The translations under genes were made by a program, and so were the position numbers. Below, piece by piece: positions 46,655 through 61,165 of a stretch of DNA of 64,000 nt. The stretch comes from the human T2T-CHM13v2.0 reference genome, Homo sapiens. The stretch lies in assembly GCF_009914755.1 (NCBI RefSeq), contig NC_060932.1. One strand, written 5' to 3'. The first letter of the stretch is position 1; each line of letters begins with the position of its first letter. The notes under the pieces were generated by a model, which was given only the letters and a program-made list of their open reading frames with translations, ran no database searches and was not told the DNA's origin.

Positions 46655-49600
46655 TGAAGGGGCCTGGGGCCTTCCTCACCACCCCTGTCCAGGAACCTCA
46701 TCATCACTACTAATGAGTCCCAGGTAGCTGTGGATATCATGGGCACCCAAATCCAGTTCCTTTTTGATATGGGGGAAATTTACTCTGTCCTTACTGCTTA
46801 TGCAGGAAAGATCTCCTCCTAGTCCACAAATGTTATGGGAATAAAAGGAAAGCCACAAACAAGATTCCTGCTCATCCTCTAACCTGCCAATTCAAAAAAC
46901 GAATTTGCCAGCAGGAATTTCTAATAATACCAAGTTGTCCAGTCCCCTTATTGGGAAGAGATATTATAGGGGCAATTCAAGCACCGCCCAGCAAAATTGC
47001 TAATGGTCAATAATGCAGACAATATTCCAGACCATGTCAACAAGCAGGCCAACCCACTAACATGGTATACTGGGAGGCCTAGAAGGGCTAAAATGGTAGT
47101 CTCAGTTAAAATATACAGCCTAAGACTTCAGCTATTTTCCCAACTGAAAACAATACCCAATTAAGCTGGAAGCAAGAAAGGGTTTAGCACCCATAGTTAA
47201 GAAATTACTTGTCCGTGGACTTCTGAAACCCTGCATTTCTCCCTGCAATACCCCCATTTTACCCATTTTAAAGGCTTCAGGGGGATACCCGAAAGTACAG
47301 GATCTCGGAAAAATTAATGAGGCTGTTATTTCTGTCCACCCATTGGTGGTGGATCCATATACTCTCCCAACTCAGGTGCCAGGGGTTGCAGAATGGTTCT
47401 CAGTCCTAGACCTAAAAGATGCTTTCTTCTCCATTGCTCTGGCCCCAGAGTCTCAATACATTTTTCCCTTTGAATGGGAAAATCCTAATACCAGAGTAAA
47501 ACAATAATACACTTCGACAGTGCTCCTTCAGGGGTTTCAAGATAGCCTACTTTTTTTTCATTTTTATTTTTATTGTGCACAAGCCTTAGAGAGGGATCTG
47601 AGGGAATCCACAATTGGATAACAAGAGTATACTCCAGTACGTGGATGACCTTCTCCTGGGTAGCCCAATCCAGAAGGTATCTGAACATAATACTATAAAA
47701 ACCTTGAATTTCTTGGCAGATGAGAGATACAAAGTGTCCAAAATAGGCTCAGGTTACCCTCCAATTGGTCCAATATTTAGGGTATGTCTTAGCAGCCAGA
47801 GCCCAGCAAATATGCCCAGAATGAAGTTTAGGCTTCCCCCCTCCCCACAACCAACCAACAATTTCATTCCTTTCTGGGAATGGCCAAGTTTTGCAGAATA
47901 TAGGTACCAAGTTTTGGGCTCATAGAAAAACCCCTTTATGAAGCAACAAGGGGGTCAGAAAATGAGCCGAGGGAATGGACTCTGGACATGAGAAAAGCCT
48001 TCCTCAAGTAAAACAGGCTCTCAGCCAGACTGCTGCTCTTGGCATCCCACACCTCACTAAGCCCTGCTCCTTCTCTGTAGCAGAAAAAAGGGCATAGCTG
48101 TGGGAGTGCCATCCCAGAGATTGGGATCAAAACACAGAACAACTGCCTACTTTTCAAAGAAATTACAAGGAGTAGCCTCAGAGTGGCCATTACAAGATGT
48201 GGCCTCAGAGTGGCCAAGCTGCTTGTGGGCAATAGCAGCTGCTGCTATTTTAGTAGAAGAAGCCACCCTGAGTCAACCACTGGAAGGGCTAACCCCGTAT
48301 CAGATAGTCAGTCCTAGAAGTAAAAGGACGCATCTAGATGATGGGAGAAAGGTTAACCAAATACCAGGCCATGCTCACAGACAATCCAGGTGTAATCCTT
48401 AAAACCTGTGACAACATGAATCCAGGTTCATTGCTGCCCATAGGCCCAATAACTGATCATTCCCGTGAGCATGTCATTGTACACACATATGTCATGGAGC
48501 CTGAATTTAAAAGATCAGCCTCTCCCAGATTCTGGAGATGACAGATTCACAGATGGCAGCAGTTTTGTGTCAAATTGGGAGTGCAGAGCTGGATATGTAA
48601 TAGTAAATCACAATACCATTATTAAAGCCCAGCCACTGCCCCTAGGCACATCAGCACAAAAGGCTGAAATCATTAGTCTTGCTCAACCATTAATGTTGGG
48701 ACAAGGGAAAAAGCTTAACATCTATACAGATTCCAAATATGCATTTATGCTCATGCTACAATTTGGAAAGAAAGAGGACTACTAACTAGTAAACATTTCC
48801 CCAGAAAGTAGCGGTAATTCATTGTAGGAGTCATCAAAGGGACTTAACTCCTTTAGCACAAGGGAATAGAAAGGATGATAAAGAAACCAAAGCTACAGCC
48901 CTCAGGGTGCAATCCCAAGAGATCCTAGCACTGCTTTCTGTGATTCCCCAGTGGAACCTGAAAACAAAATATAGGAAGAATAGTTAATAAATGAGCAAGA
49001 AGGAAAAAGAAAAGGATTCTCGTAGTACATGGGATCAAAAGTATATCTTCCTCAAACAAACAACCCAATGGAGAATTATAAAAACCCTTCATGACTCTTT
49101 CCACATGGGGAAAGATGCCACCCTGGCCATGATAAACAGGCTTTTCACTGGGGCCTAACTTAGCTTCGGTGGTTAAGCAGGTCTGTCAAGACTGCTCACT
49201 GGGACATTGAACAACCCAGGGAACAAAACACTGCCTGTATAGAACAGTCCAGAGAAGGGGAACTTACCCAGGGGAAGACTGGCAATTGAACTTTACCCTT
49301 ATGCCAGCTTGTAGAGGATACAAGTTTTTGTTAGTACTAATAGATACTTCTACTGGCTGGGTTGAAGCTTACCATATCAGAACAGAGAAGGCCAATGAAG
49401 TTGTGAAGCTTCTCTTAAAAGAAATAATCCCCCGGGTTTCAGTTACTCCAGAGCCTCCAAAGCGACAGCCCATCATTTATCTCCCAAATTACTCAAGGGT
49501 TTGCTAAGACCCTCAGAATCAAATACTATTTACATTCAGCATGGAGACGTCAATCCTCCAAGAAAGCAGAAAGAGCTAATTGAACTCCAGAATAAGCATT

Positions 49601-50140
49601 AGCTAAGCTGTTCAGGAAACGTCAGAAATTTGGGGCAGCTTACTGCCCATAGCCCTCATAAGAATCCATAATCCCCCAAGAGAAAAAATTAATACAGGCC
49701 CATATTAAATGTTATATGAGAGGGCATTTTTAACTAATGATCTAATTACTGATCCAGAAGCAGCAAGCTTAGTAAAATACCTAGTTAACCTTGGACAATT
49801 TCAGCAGGTGTTACGAAAGTTTCGAATTCAAAGGCTCCCTGCATCAGAAACTAACCAGCAACCCAAAATCAAGTCAGGAGATAAGGTACTGTTAAAACAT
49901 GAAAGGAGGGATCATCTGCTCAACAATTGTAACCCAAATGGAAGGGACCGTTTTCAGTGGTGCTGGCCATGCCTTCCATGGTCAAAGTACCAGGATTAGA
50001 TAGTTGGATATATCTTTTCAGGGTCAAGCCTGCAATACCTGAAGCCCTGGACCTGGAACCTGAAGCTCCCACTAGCCACTATACCTGAGAACCTGTGGAA
50101 AACCTGAAGTACCTGTTTAAAAGACAGCTAAAATATAAGT
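46655..50140 (+). pseudogene. pol: ERV pro-pol remnant (protease, RT, RNase H, integrase)
   Basis: FLFDMG (decayed DTG); KQYP..SPCNTPILP..VQDL..LDLKDAFF open over 47148-47507; LQYVDDLLL; FTDGSS, SAQKAE, IYTDSKYAF; GEDWQLNFT, IDTSTGWVEAY; WKGPF. Confidence 0.93.
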
Positions 50141-50142
50141 AA

Positions 50143-53110
50143 ATGCCTACCAACTTTTCTTGGTGTTTTTGTTTCATAGTTACTGTAGGCTGGATAATAA
50201 TAGTCATTTTTATATTTGTACAATTTAACTGCTTTCTTTCAAATGGATGGAATCACTTCCTTTGTAATAATTAAGCAAATTGTTTTCCTCTGTTTAAAAA
50301 TAGCCACAGAAGACTCCAGATGAAGCCAATCTGGAAAATAGGCAATAGCTTTATTTTCTTGGCATTTGGTACTGCCCTACCTTAATAGCTGTCAAGGACA
50401 TTGGCCTGTCAGAAATGGAAATAATTAACCATTCTTTTAGTTTGTTAAACTTAACCTGATGGCTTTGCATGACTACCAAAAGCTGGGGATATACCAGGCC
50501 TGTAATGTTAGGGGACTGGCCTAGTGTCCCAGCCTACTTCCAGGGACAAACTCATTGGTCTATGGGATGGAGATATGTAGCCCAATGGTCAGTAAAAAAT
50601 AATTTTGTTGGATCAAGTCCCAGGTTCTCTAAGTTGTTTATTTTAGCCACCAACCATAGTCAAAAACTACAAAAGGAAAAATGCTCTACTACCTCAGCTT
50701 GTATCCAGAGCAATTCTCTTTCTGCCTTTGCGGTAACTATGCCAGTTCCATTACTTTCATTGGAGAACTCCAAGACAGTCAATGTAACTGGATATTTGTT
50801 GCTGGGTTACATTTCCTAGTTAATACCTCTGCAGGAATTCAATTACTAAACAGAAATCTTGAGCAGGAAGACAACTTTCTACTTTATCAGGTCCCTGGAC
50901 CAACACAGCCCCTGTTTTCTGTCGACAAAACTAAAACTTCTAGTTTCTACTCTGGCCGCCCTCATGCAGGTTACCTGTGTTCACCCAATCTCAGTGTATT
51001 ATTTGGAAATTGCCAATTATCGGGAGAACCTGCCCCGATAGTCACGTAGGTTCTTTTCTATTTTCCCTAAGTGTCGGCCGGTCTGAGAAATAAAGGGACA
51101 GAGTACAAAAGAGAGAAATTTTAAAGTTGGGTGTCCGGGGGAGACATCACATGTTGGCAGGTTCCATGATGCCCCCAAGCAGTAAAACCATCAAGTTTTT
51201 ATTAGTGATTTTCAAAAGGGGAGGGAGTGTATGAATAGGGTGTGGGTCACAGAGATCACGTGCTTCACAAGGTAATAGAATATCACAAGGCAAATGGAGG
51301 CAGGGCAAGACCACAGGACCACAGGACTGGGGTGAAATTAAAATTGCTAATGAAGTTTCAGGCACGCATTGTCATTGATAACATCCTATCAGGAGACAGG
51401 GTTTGAGAGCAGACAACTGGTCTGACCAAAATTTATTAGGCAGCAATTTCCCCTCCTAATAAGCCTGGGAGTGCTACTGGAGACTGGGGCTTATTTCATT
51501 CCTACAGCTGCAACCATAAAAGACAGCCACCCATGAAGCAGCCATTTCAGAGGCCTACCCTCAGGGATGCATTCTCTTTCTCAGAGATGTTCCTTGCTGA
51601 GAAAAAGAATTCGGTGATATTTCTCCCATTTGCTTTTGAAAGAAGAGAAATATGGCTCTGTTCTGCCTGGCTCACCGGCAGTCAGAATTTAAGGTTATCA
51701 CTCTTGTTCCCTGAACATTGCTGTTATCCTGTTCTTTTTTCAAGGTGCCCAGATTTCATATTGTTCAAACACAGATGCTCTACAAACAACTTGTGCAGTT
51801 AACACAATCATCACAGGGTCCTGAGGCAACATACATCCTCCTCAGCTTACGAAGATGATGGGATTAAGAGATTAAAGACAGACATAGGAAATCACAAGAG
51901 TATTGATTGGGGAAGTGATAAGTGCCCATGAAATCTTTGCAATTTATGTTCAGAGATTGCAGTAAAGAGAGGCATAAGAAATTATAAAATTATTAATTTT
52001 CAGAACTAATAAATGTCCATGAAATCTTCACAATCCACGTTCTTCTGCCATGGCTTCAGTTGGTACCTCCGTTCGGGGTCCCTGACTTCCTGCAACAGCC
52101 AATATGTCTTGTATTGTCCCCTTGTGAGGGGATCCCAAAAGAGGACCCCAATTCATAGAACTAAAAAATAGCAGCCAATTTACCATCCCCTACTAGACCC
52201 CATAACCACTGCAAACCTGGCTGCACAAAACTTATCAGTTATAGCCAAGATAACCTGAAACAAAAACCCCCTACTTTTACAACTTTACTACAAAACAATT
52301 TTGCAGCCCAAATTTCACCTTCACAAGGAAATTTGTGGGTTTGTGTTTCTTCAGCGTATTTACAACTTCCATCACAATGGAAAGGAAAATATTCCATCGC
52401 CAACATTTTCCCTTATTTAACTTTTGCATGGGCCAACACATCTCTCTCCCTTTCCCCATGTACCAACATCACAAAATTCATCGCTAAGCAGGCCTCCTTA
52501 TCCTCTAGGCTTAATATTATCTTCCATGTTGGGCATAGCAGGGTCGGCTACAGGAGGAGGAGCCTTGGGAATCCAGCATAAACTGCCTAAAGAAACTGTG
52601 ATATACCTCCAAAAAACAGCAGATTGCCTCACTAGACTTCAACAGCAGCTGGACTCCCTGACCATGGCAGCCCTGCGATATCAAAGAGCCTTAGACCTCT
52701 TCACAGCCAGACAAGGAGGAACTTGCCTATAGTTAAAAGAAGATTGTTGCTTTTATGTCAGTCTGGTTTAATACAAGAATATATTAGGAATATCAGTACC
52801 CAGGCAAATAAATCTGAGCCTTTGGGAACTCTCACAGGAACTTGGCAATACTGGTTACTATCTGCATTACTTCCTTTGGTAGTGCCAATTATTACCAATA
52901 CTGTTAGCCTTAACTTTTAGTCCAATCTTGTTTAAAACGTTAAACAATTTTTTTTTTTACTTTCTCCCTTAAAGCAATTCCATGTTTGTATGATGCTTGT
53001 GTAGGGTTTCCAACCAGTTCTGGGTGATAATGCCTTCCTCTGCCATCAAGAAGCTACCCTGTCTCCACTAGACAGAGCAGGGCAAGAGTTCTATGGTCCC
53101 CAATAGGTAA
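50143..53110 (+). pseudogene. env: ERV gamma-type env remnant, split by MER11
   Basis: Decayed CWLC (*WLC at 50457-50468); TM heptad and immunosuppressive domain RLQQQLDSLTMAALRYQRALDLFTARQGGT then CL*LKEDCC; hydrophobic WLLSALLPLVVPII. Boundaries approximate. Confidence 0.85.
51018..52097 (-). mobile_element. MER11 (B/C-like) solo LTR of HERV-K11/HML-8
   Basis: Minus start TGTTGCAGGAAGTCAGGGACCCCGAACGGAGG; 1080 bp; perfect 6-bp TSD GCCAAT at 51012-51017 and 52098-52103. Confidence 0.93.
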
Positions 53111-53210
53111 GAACTATGCCCTAATCAGCATGAAGCTGTTACAGAAGAAAGATCATTGGTCCCTCTGCCTCCCAAAAAGATTTATGGGGATCACGTCTCT
53201 CAGTGGGAAG

Positions 53211-53737
53211 TGTGGTAGGAGAATAGGGTCTGGAGACAGGAAACCTAAAGCCAGTTTGTGCCGACTCCCTGGAACTTGACCAGAGGGAAAATCCTGCCTC
53301 TCCATGCCCAACTAACAAGGGACCAAAAGACACTTCCCCTACAAACCACCCCCCTCCACTGTGTCACCAATGGAAAGCACCTCTGGTTGGCCATGGGCCA
53401 CTCCTTTATTTGCATAGGGCGTCAGCTCAGCCTCTGGTTGACCACAGGTTAATCTACTTCAGCCTCTAATTGGCCACAGGCCAATCCTTTATTCACATAG
53501 CTGGTAACCGTTAGGAAACCTCTAAAGGGTAATTAAACCCCAGAAAACTTTGTAATCAAGGCTCCTGAGCCACTTGCTCAGCCTGCTCCCACCCTGTGGA
53601 GTGTACTCTCACTTCAGTAAATCACTGCTTTTGCTGTATCATTACTTTGTTGCTTTGTTTGTGCATTTTGTTCAATTCTTTATTCAATATGCCAAGAACC
53701 TGTAAAACTCATACTCAAGACCTCCCTTCTGATAACA
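53211..53737 (+). mobile_element. 3' LTR, MER51-like, complete
   Basis: TGTGGTAGGAGAATAGGGTCTGGAG...GATAACA; CCAAT boxes at 53367, 53469 (reverse) and 53481. Confidence 0.9.
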
Positions 53738-54626
53738 ACACCACAGTCAAACTATTGAAAATTAATGGCAGAGAGAGTATTGAAACTAGCAAGAGGAAAA
53801 TAATCACATACAAGTACTCCTTGATAAAATTAACAGTGAACTTCTCATCAGAAACCATAACAGCCTGAAGGCAGATGGATCACATATTTAAATACTAAAA
53901 GAAAAAGATCTGTCATCAAAAATTCTTTATCCAGTGAAACTATTCTGCAAAAATGAAAAATAAATTAAGATGTTTTGAGAAAAAGAAAAAAACTGAAAGA
54001 ATTGCTTCTGGACTGGCCAGAGAAGAAATACTAAAGGGAGTAATTTAATCAAAATGAAAGAAAAACGGACATCAATTAGAATTCTCAAAAAAAATAAGCA
54101 ACACTAGTAAAGATAATTATATAGGTAGATACAAAATCCCTTATAAATGCATACTAGTTTGCAACTCATTGCTTCTCCCATCTGACTAAAGTGACAAATG
54201 CATAAAGCAATAATTGTAAAACTGGGTTGATGACCTTATAATTTACCAGCATGTAATTTGAATAATAAAAGCACGAAGGAAAAAGTGAGAGGGAGCGAAG
54301 CTGTACAGGAACAAAGACTTTATACTATTTAAATTACACTGGTGCTAATTCAAAGTGGATTGTTTGAAATTAAGGTTAATTGTAATGCCTAGATCGATTA
54401 ATAAGAAAATAACTCAGTAATAAATAAAACGACAGGGAAATTGAAGGATACACTAAAAAATCCTATTTTCAGAGGGAAAAGCAGTAATGGAGGAAAAGGG
54501 GATCAAAAATATGACACAGAAACAAATAGTAAAACAGCAGATGAAATTCTCATTTTTTCAGCAATTATAGGAAATATTAATGGATTAAGTACACCAATCA
54601 AATGTAAAACATGACAGTAATAATTT

Positions 54627-54952
<326 letters not shown>

Positions 54953-55803
54953 AGTAATAATTTCTAAAATGATGGCTCACTAACGCAAACAGGTTGAAAG
55001 TAAACGGATAGTAAAGATATATCACGCAAATAATAAACAAAGGAGCACTTGAGTGAATATACTGCAGAAGACAAAATAGACATTGAGAAAAAAGTTACTA
55101 CAGGCAAGGATGAAGGTTTCATGATTAAAATGTCAATCTATCTGGGAGATATAAAAAATATAAACAAATATGCACCTAACAAGACAGTTCTAAAATATTT
55201 GATGCCAAAATAAATATAAATGAAGAGAGAAGTTGAGAATTGAATAATAATTGAAGATTCCAAACCTAACTTTCAATGATAAAAATAACATAAAGATATA
55301 ATATCGTAAGAAAACAGGAGCTTTTAACAACATTATAAACCAACTATAGCTAAGAATTACCTGTTGAACACCCAATAACAGCAGAATATACATTATTCTC
55401 AAGTACCCCTAGAACATTCACCAAGATACATCATATGTTAGGCCATAGAAAGAAGGCCTTGAAAAATTTAAAAGGATGGATATTGTAAAAGGTACATTTT
55501 CTCCACCACAATAAAAATAAATTAGAAATCAATAACAGAAATTTGAGAAATTTGAAATATGTGGAAATTAAATAGCACATGCCTAAGTAACCAAACTTCT
55601 TCTTGTAAAAAAGAAATTACAAGGAAAATTAAAACACACCTTGAGATTAATGAAAATGAAACACAATATATCAAAACTTAGAGAATGCAATCAAAGCAGT
55701 ACATGGGGGAAGCATACCGTTGACAACTGCTAATAAAACAAAAACAAAAAGATCCAAAGTCTAAAAACGTATTTTCTACCTCACGATTAGAAAAAGATCA
55801 AAC

Positions 55804-56062
55804 TGGCTGAGCGTGGTGGCTCACACGTGTAATCCCAGCACTTTGGGAGGCCGAGGTGGGCAGATCACAAGGTCAGGAGATCAAGACCATCCTGGCCAAC
55901 ATGGTGAAACCCTGTCTCTACTAAAAATACAAAAATTAGCTGGGCATTGTGGCACATACCTATAATCCCAGCTACTCGGGAAGCTGAGGCAAAATAGCTT
56001 GAAACTCCAGCCTGGTGACAGAGCGAGACTCCATCTCACAAAAAAAAAAAAAAAAAGAAAAG
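55804..56062 (+). mobile_element. AluSc-like with ~40-bp deletion in the right arm
   Basis: GCTTGAAACTCCAGCCTGGTGACAGA junction; TSD AAAAAGATCAAACT / AAAAACATCAAACT. Confidence 0.92.
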
Positions 56063-58750
56063 AAAAACATCAAACTAAAGCCAAGGCAGCAAAAGGAAAT
56101 AAATTATACAGAGTGGAAATATATGAAAGAGAAATGGCAAAACAATAGAGAAATCTACTAAACCAAATGTTGGTACTTTGAAAAGATTAGCTTAAGTGCA
56201 GAAAAAGCACCTGACAAAATTAGAAAACACTTCATGATACTAACACTCAATCGGTAGGGATGGAGAACTTCCTTAACATGGTAAATGACATCTATGACAA
56301 ACCCACAATTAACATCATGCTTAATGGTGAAAGACCAGATGCTTTTTCCCTAAGGTAAGGAACAAGACAAAGATGTCGGTTCTCACCACTTCTGTTGTAC
56401 ATTTCGCTGTAGAGTCTATCCTGGAATATTACCCAAGATAAAGAAATAAAAGGCATCTAGATTGGAAAGGAAGAAATGAAAACTATTTCAATTTGCAGAT
56501 AACATAAATTTGTATTTAGAAAGTCCTAAGAAATTCACAAAAATGTGTAAAATAGACAAATTTCTAGAGACAGAAAGTAGATTAGTATTTTCCAGGGGCT
56601 CAGAGGAGGATGGAATGGGGAATATTTGCTAATGGCTACAGAGTTTCTTTTGAGAGTGATGAAAATATTCTGAAATTAGATATTGTTGATCATTGCACAA
56701 CTCTACAAATATATTAAAACCCACTGAATTGTACACTGTAAAAGGGTGAATTTTATAATACACCAATTATATCTCAATAAAGTTGCTATTAAAAATACAT
56801 AAGATCCAAATTAGTAAGAAAAATAGCTACGATTTAGACCTATATCTGCTTGGAGCTAAAAGTATGATCTTTTTTACAAGAGAAAATTGGTTATGAGGAA
56901 GGTGTTATACTTATTAATGAGAGACATTGCACTTGTGATTCAGAATGGTTCACAAACAGAAGAGCTGGAAGTGAGGTTAAAAGGAGATCTGCTTGCCCTT
57001 AAAAAAGCTATTTACCTGATTGTCTATGCAGAATAAACTAGTTAAGAAACCAGAATCTGAACTTATATTGGGTAATATTTTACATACAGCACTCTCAGTT
57101 TCTGAATTTATCCACTTAACATTTACATATAGAGAACTTACTATATGTCAGGAATTATTCTTGGCTCTTGGTAGAAATATTTTACCTTTATTTCCTTTTT
57201 AAAAAATGTTTATAGAAGTTAGATATTACTTAGACCCCTGCAAGATTTTCTGGTAACTGATGGCAGTAGAGTTTTCTTTCTATTGTTAGAAATATTTGCA
57301 CATTATCAGTGTTTTGTCTATCCATGAACACACTATGGAATAATACTGCAAAAAAAAAGGAGCACAAAAGAGAGATTTCATCATTAATTCTTGAAAAGTT
57401 TTTAACTATATATGAGTAAAGTTAATATATGTACATACATGTGTGTACACATACCTCTATGTGTGTAACTAAACAAAAATCAATCACAAAACATTAATTT
57501 CATCCCAGGTACTTTTCAAATCTGGCACAGTTCTTTGCTGATTAATTATTCAGGATGGAAGCCATACTCTCCTGGTTTTTTCATTACTCAATCTTGATTC
57601 AGCTTCATTTCCTTTTAAGGTTCATTGCGATTAATGATGCACTCTATTTAGCACAACAAAAGAATTCTAATTCTCTGTAAATCTTTAGTTTGTTCTCTTG
57701 TGAATTAGCACTCCTTTGGTAACTAGACAACCTAGAAATTCACTAGTTTTGTTTGATGACAAAAGGCCAAAAGGAAAGGTCATAGTGGTACTACTTTTAA
57801 TGAGTTATTAGATAAATACATTTTCTAGATGGTTTAATCTCATCATTCGACTTCAAAATGCCCTAAGAAAAGTCTTTAAATATGTATGTCACTTCTCAAT
57901 TATCTATGTTAATGAAGAGGAGCAGCAGTGTGTATAATGCAAAATGGGTAAAAATATACACATATTTGATTTAGAGGACATCTATGTCATATGCTCCAAG
58001 AATAAGTAAAATTCAAGTCAAACACTGAAGTCAAGTTAGATCCTCACTAGTAAGCTACTGTTTGCTACTGCATAATCCATGATTCTGCTAAACTTCTCCC
58101 CATATTCTCTATTGTATCCTGATGCTGAATATTATCATCTTACAGATTGAAATAAAGATAGTAATGAAGGTAAAGAATAGTCTCCTTTGAGTTTCCTATC
58201 TAAATGGCTTATGCTTTCTCCTTGAGGAGGAGAGAGTAATACTTTGCTGTAAAGGCTTTTCATTAGTTTGCTGTGCAGGTTATGATAAAGACCCTCAGAG
58301 AATCAGGATAAAGGCATAAGAATTAAATATTATATTGAGGACCTACTAAAGGCCACTTCTTTAGCCTAATTAGTACTAACAACTAATTAATTTCAAAGCA
58401 CTGATTCAGACTCCCACTATATATAAGATCATGTGCAGGAGATCGAGAGGTACTATGACGAATTTATGTGTGGTGGGAAATATCTATATCAAAATAGTAA
58501 ACATGAGTGTGTTAAAAAGGCGAGGGCTGAGAGTTACGGAAACATATGGAACGAACACTTTCGTAGTACAAATAGGAAAGAGCAGAGAAGACCTTTGATT
58601 AAGTATTTAACTTGTGACTGGAATTATCTGACAAGACAAAAAATAAGATTGTAGGATGATGTCGGGGGTGACATAGAAGAGCAATGTGTGTGGCAACTGA
58701 GAGTCTAGATTGTAGGACATTTTTTAGTAACTCAAAGAATTAATTTTAAG

Positions 58751-59112
58751 CAGAGATAATTTTACTGCAAAGCTGATAAAAGTTCTGGCTCAGGGCTTCT
58801 CACTTCCAGGGACACTGTGAGAGTGCTCTGCTGCTGGGAATGACATTTGAAGCTAGGAAGGAAAGCCAGGTTGCAGTCCAGAGACATTTCAATGCCAGCC
58901 TTTCTTGTGTTATCAAAAATGTCCTTAGGTGATATGAAAGGGAAAAAGGCTGTAATTTCACAGCTCTTGTAATTTGATGTTATTTATTTTTCCCTACTAA
59001 TATATATTCACTTTATCACTTAACTTTGTATTTATTTATGTCTTTTTTTAATTAAAGAGGACTTCTGAAATTATATAAGCTTCAGGCTCCATAGGCTATA
59101 TATCTGTGCTTG
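58751..59112. mobile_element. MER69-like hAT-Tip100 fossil
   Basis: CAGAG..TTTACTGCAAAGCTGAT..CAGGGC..CTCACTT start; AAATTATATAAGCTTCAGGC end; TTTAAG on both flanks. Confidence 0.55.
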
Positions 59113-59749
59113 CTTTAAGTAAGCAGTTAATAAGTTGAACACAAAGTAATAGAGCAATGAAGAATCAGTGTGGCTATTTCAGTGAATCTTGTTTTGGCCT
59201 TCCCAATTTTTGAGACCACTAAAGACCATCACATTCAACTTTTCTCTAGAGTGTGAATTGTTGTAGTCCTTATTTATACTTTTAAGATGAATAGATGGTG
59301 CCAACAATAATCACAATTTTAAAGATAACAAATATGGCTTCATTTACTTAGAACATCAGGATTTTAAAATGGGCTATTCTCTCTGGAAAGACCTAATTTA
59401 TTATGCAAAGTTCTGAATAGTCTCCAGAATCCTAGGAATTGAAGAGTACAGAGAGATTATTCAGAAATGATCACTGTGGTATAAACAGTGGCAATAATAA
59501 TAATTTTAAAAATTTATATAAAAGAAACAGGAAACTTGATTCTAGCTAATTTAAGATATTGTTTGGTTTCTCTTTGGGAAAAAAAACAAAAAAGATCAAA
59601 TATAATAGTTACTGATGCAAGCAAAGCATCATTGAGTATTCTTTTCTCCCTCAAAAATGACTAAATATTTTTCCTTTTGTCTACTTTGTATGGTTTTGAA
59701 AATTACATCTATCAATAAGAAAAATAAGAATCAAATAGAAAAATAGAAA

Positions 59750-59935
59750 TGCAATGTAGTGGCTAAGAGTTTAGATGCCAGAACTAGGGTCGTGGGTTCA
59801 AATATATAACTTTAAACAATTTACTTACCCCAGTTTCCCAGTAACTAAAATTGAGATTATAATAGCATCTATCTTACAGAGTTGTGAGAGAATTGAAATA
59901 ATTTTTTTAACGTTTATAGCTCTTAGCAAGTAGCA
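59750..59935 (+). mobile_element. MIR SINE
   Basis: GTAGTGGCTAAGAG..GCCAGA..GGGTTCAAAT..CAGTTTCC..ATAATAGCATCTATCTTACAGAGTTGTGAGA. Confidence 0.75.
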
Positions 59936-60214
59936 TTTACCCCATGAAAAGTTATTAAAGCTAAATATTTAAAACCATAGCTTAATTATTAGCGATTGAT
60001 GAAATTTAAGTTAAAATACCAGAAAAGTGTTTTTTTCATGACATTGACAAATAAATAATAAAAATTGTTTTAGCCAGTATTGTTGATACCAAGGTTTGTA
60101 GTATCATAAAAGGGTATGTTATTTTCAAAGGACACTTTTACAGTGATTATTAAAATTAAAATTTAAATTATTTTACCCCAGTAACAATATTTTTAAATAT
60201 GTGTAACTTAATTT

Positions 60215-61165
60215 TATTCATTCATTAACAAATTAGGAACTATTATGTGCCAGATTCTATTATTACACAAACTAATACAGATAAATATTTCCTTATGGAG
60301 CTTGTCTTCTTGCAGCAGGAAAGGAGATGAAATTAGACAAAACACATTAATTAAACATTTCGTGAGTAAAGAGAGATGGGTATACATTACACTGCAGTTC
60401 CCTTGAAAACACAACCTGACACAAGAATTTGGTAAAGTAGAATTGGGGGAAGGTGATGTTAGTAATGAGGAGTAATAAGAGTAAAGAAAGTCTGAAATAG
60501 GAGGAAAAGCCAATAGAGCATCGGTTATTGAGGTTACTCATATAGGCAAAAGAAGCTTGGCTATACAGATACTTCCAAAACATCAAACAAACAATAGAAG
60601 CTGGGCCATATACCCACTGTCTCCATTTCCCGTTGTTTGGGAAGCATGCACGGGGCATATGGGACAGGCTTAAGACAGAAGTGTTTTAACACGGGGATTA
60701 AGTGAAAGTACTAGCAGAGCGTGAAGGCATTAGCCACTGTGTCTGAGGTTCATTTTCTTCCCCAGCTTAGCAGAAAGCCAGCTTAGTAGATAGCTGCTGC
60801 AGCCTAGGATTGCTCAGTGAAGAACAGAACTGAAGATTACTCTGTTATTTACCCCATTGCGGCCATTACTAACCTGATAAGAGCAAGCAGAAAGCTAGGA
60901 GTGGAATCACGATTGGAGTGGTTTAAGTAGGAAATGCAAGAAGAGAGAACAGAGACAAATGGCACTGGCAACTCTACTGAGGAATTTTTCTATAGTTTTT
61001 CTGTAATGGGGCATTCAAAAGAGGAGTTTTAATTTTGTTTTGTGTTTTTAAAAACTCAGCAATAATGTCACACTTTCTTGTTGATGGGAATATCCAAATA
61101 GAGAGGGGGCAACTTGACAATATTGTGATCAAAGAGACAGTTGATAAAGTGATGCTCCAGTGAAG
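60215..61165 (-). mobile_element. L2 remnants with an embedded old MaLR/ERVL-type LTR fragment (~60373-60760)
   Basis: TTATTCATTCATTAACAAAT..TATGTGCCAG L2 terminus; LTR assignment tentative. Confidence 0.55.

Noticed and set aside
47148-47925. RT with YVDD as a novel reverse-transcriptase system
   Set aside because: Ordinary gamma-like ERV RT with a stop at 47505, a T-rich insertion at ~47551-47575 and frameshifts
50469-51049. 116-aa and 122-aa ORFs as a domesticated env (syncytin-like)
   Set aside because: Frameshifted SU fragments; CWLC and CX6CC contain stops, the cleavage site is decayed and MER11 splits the gene
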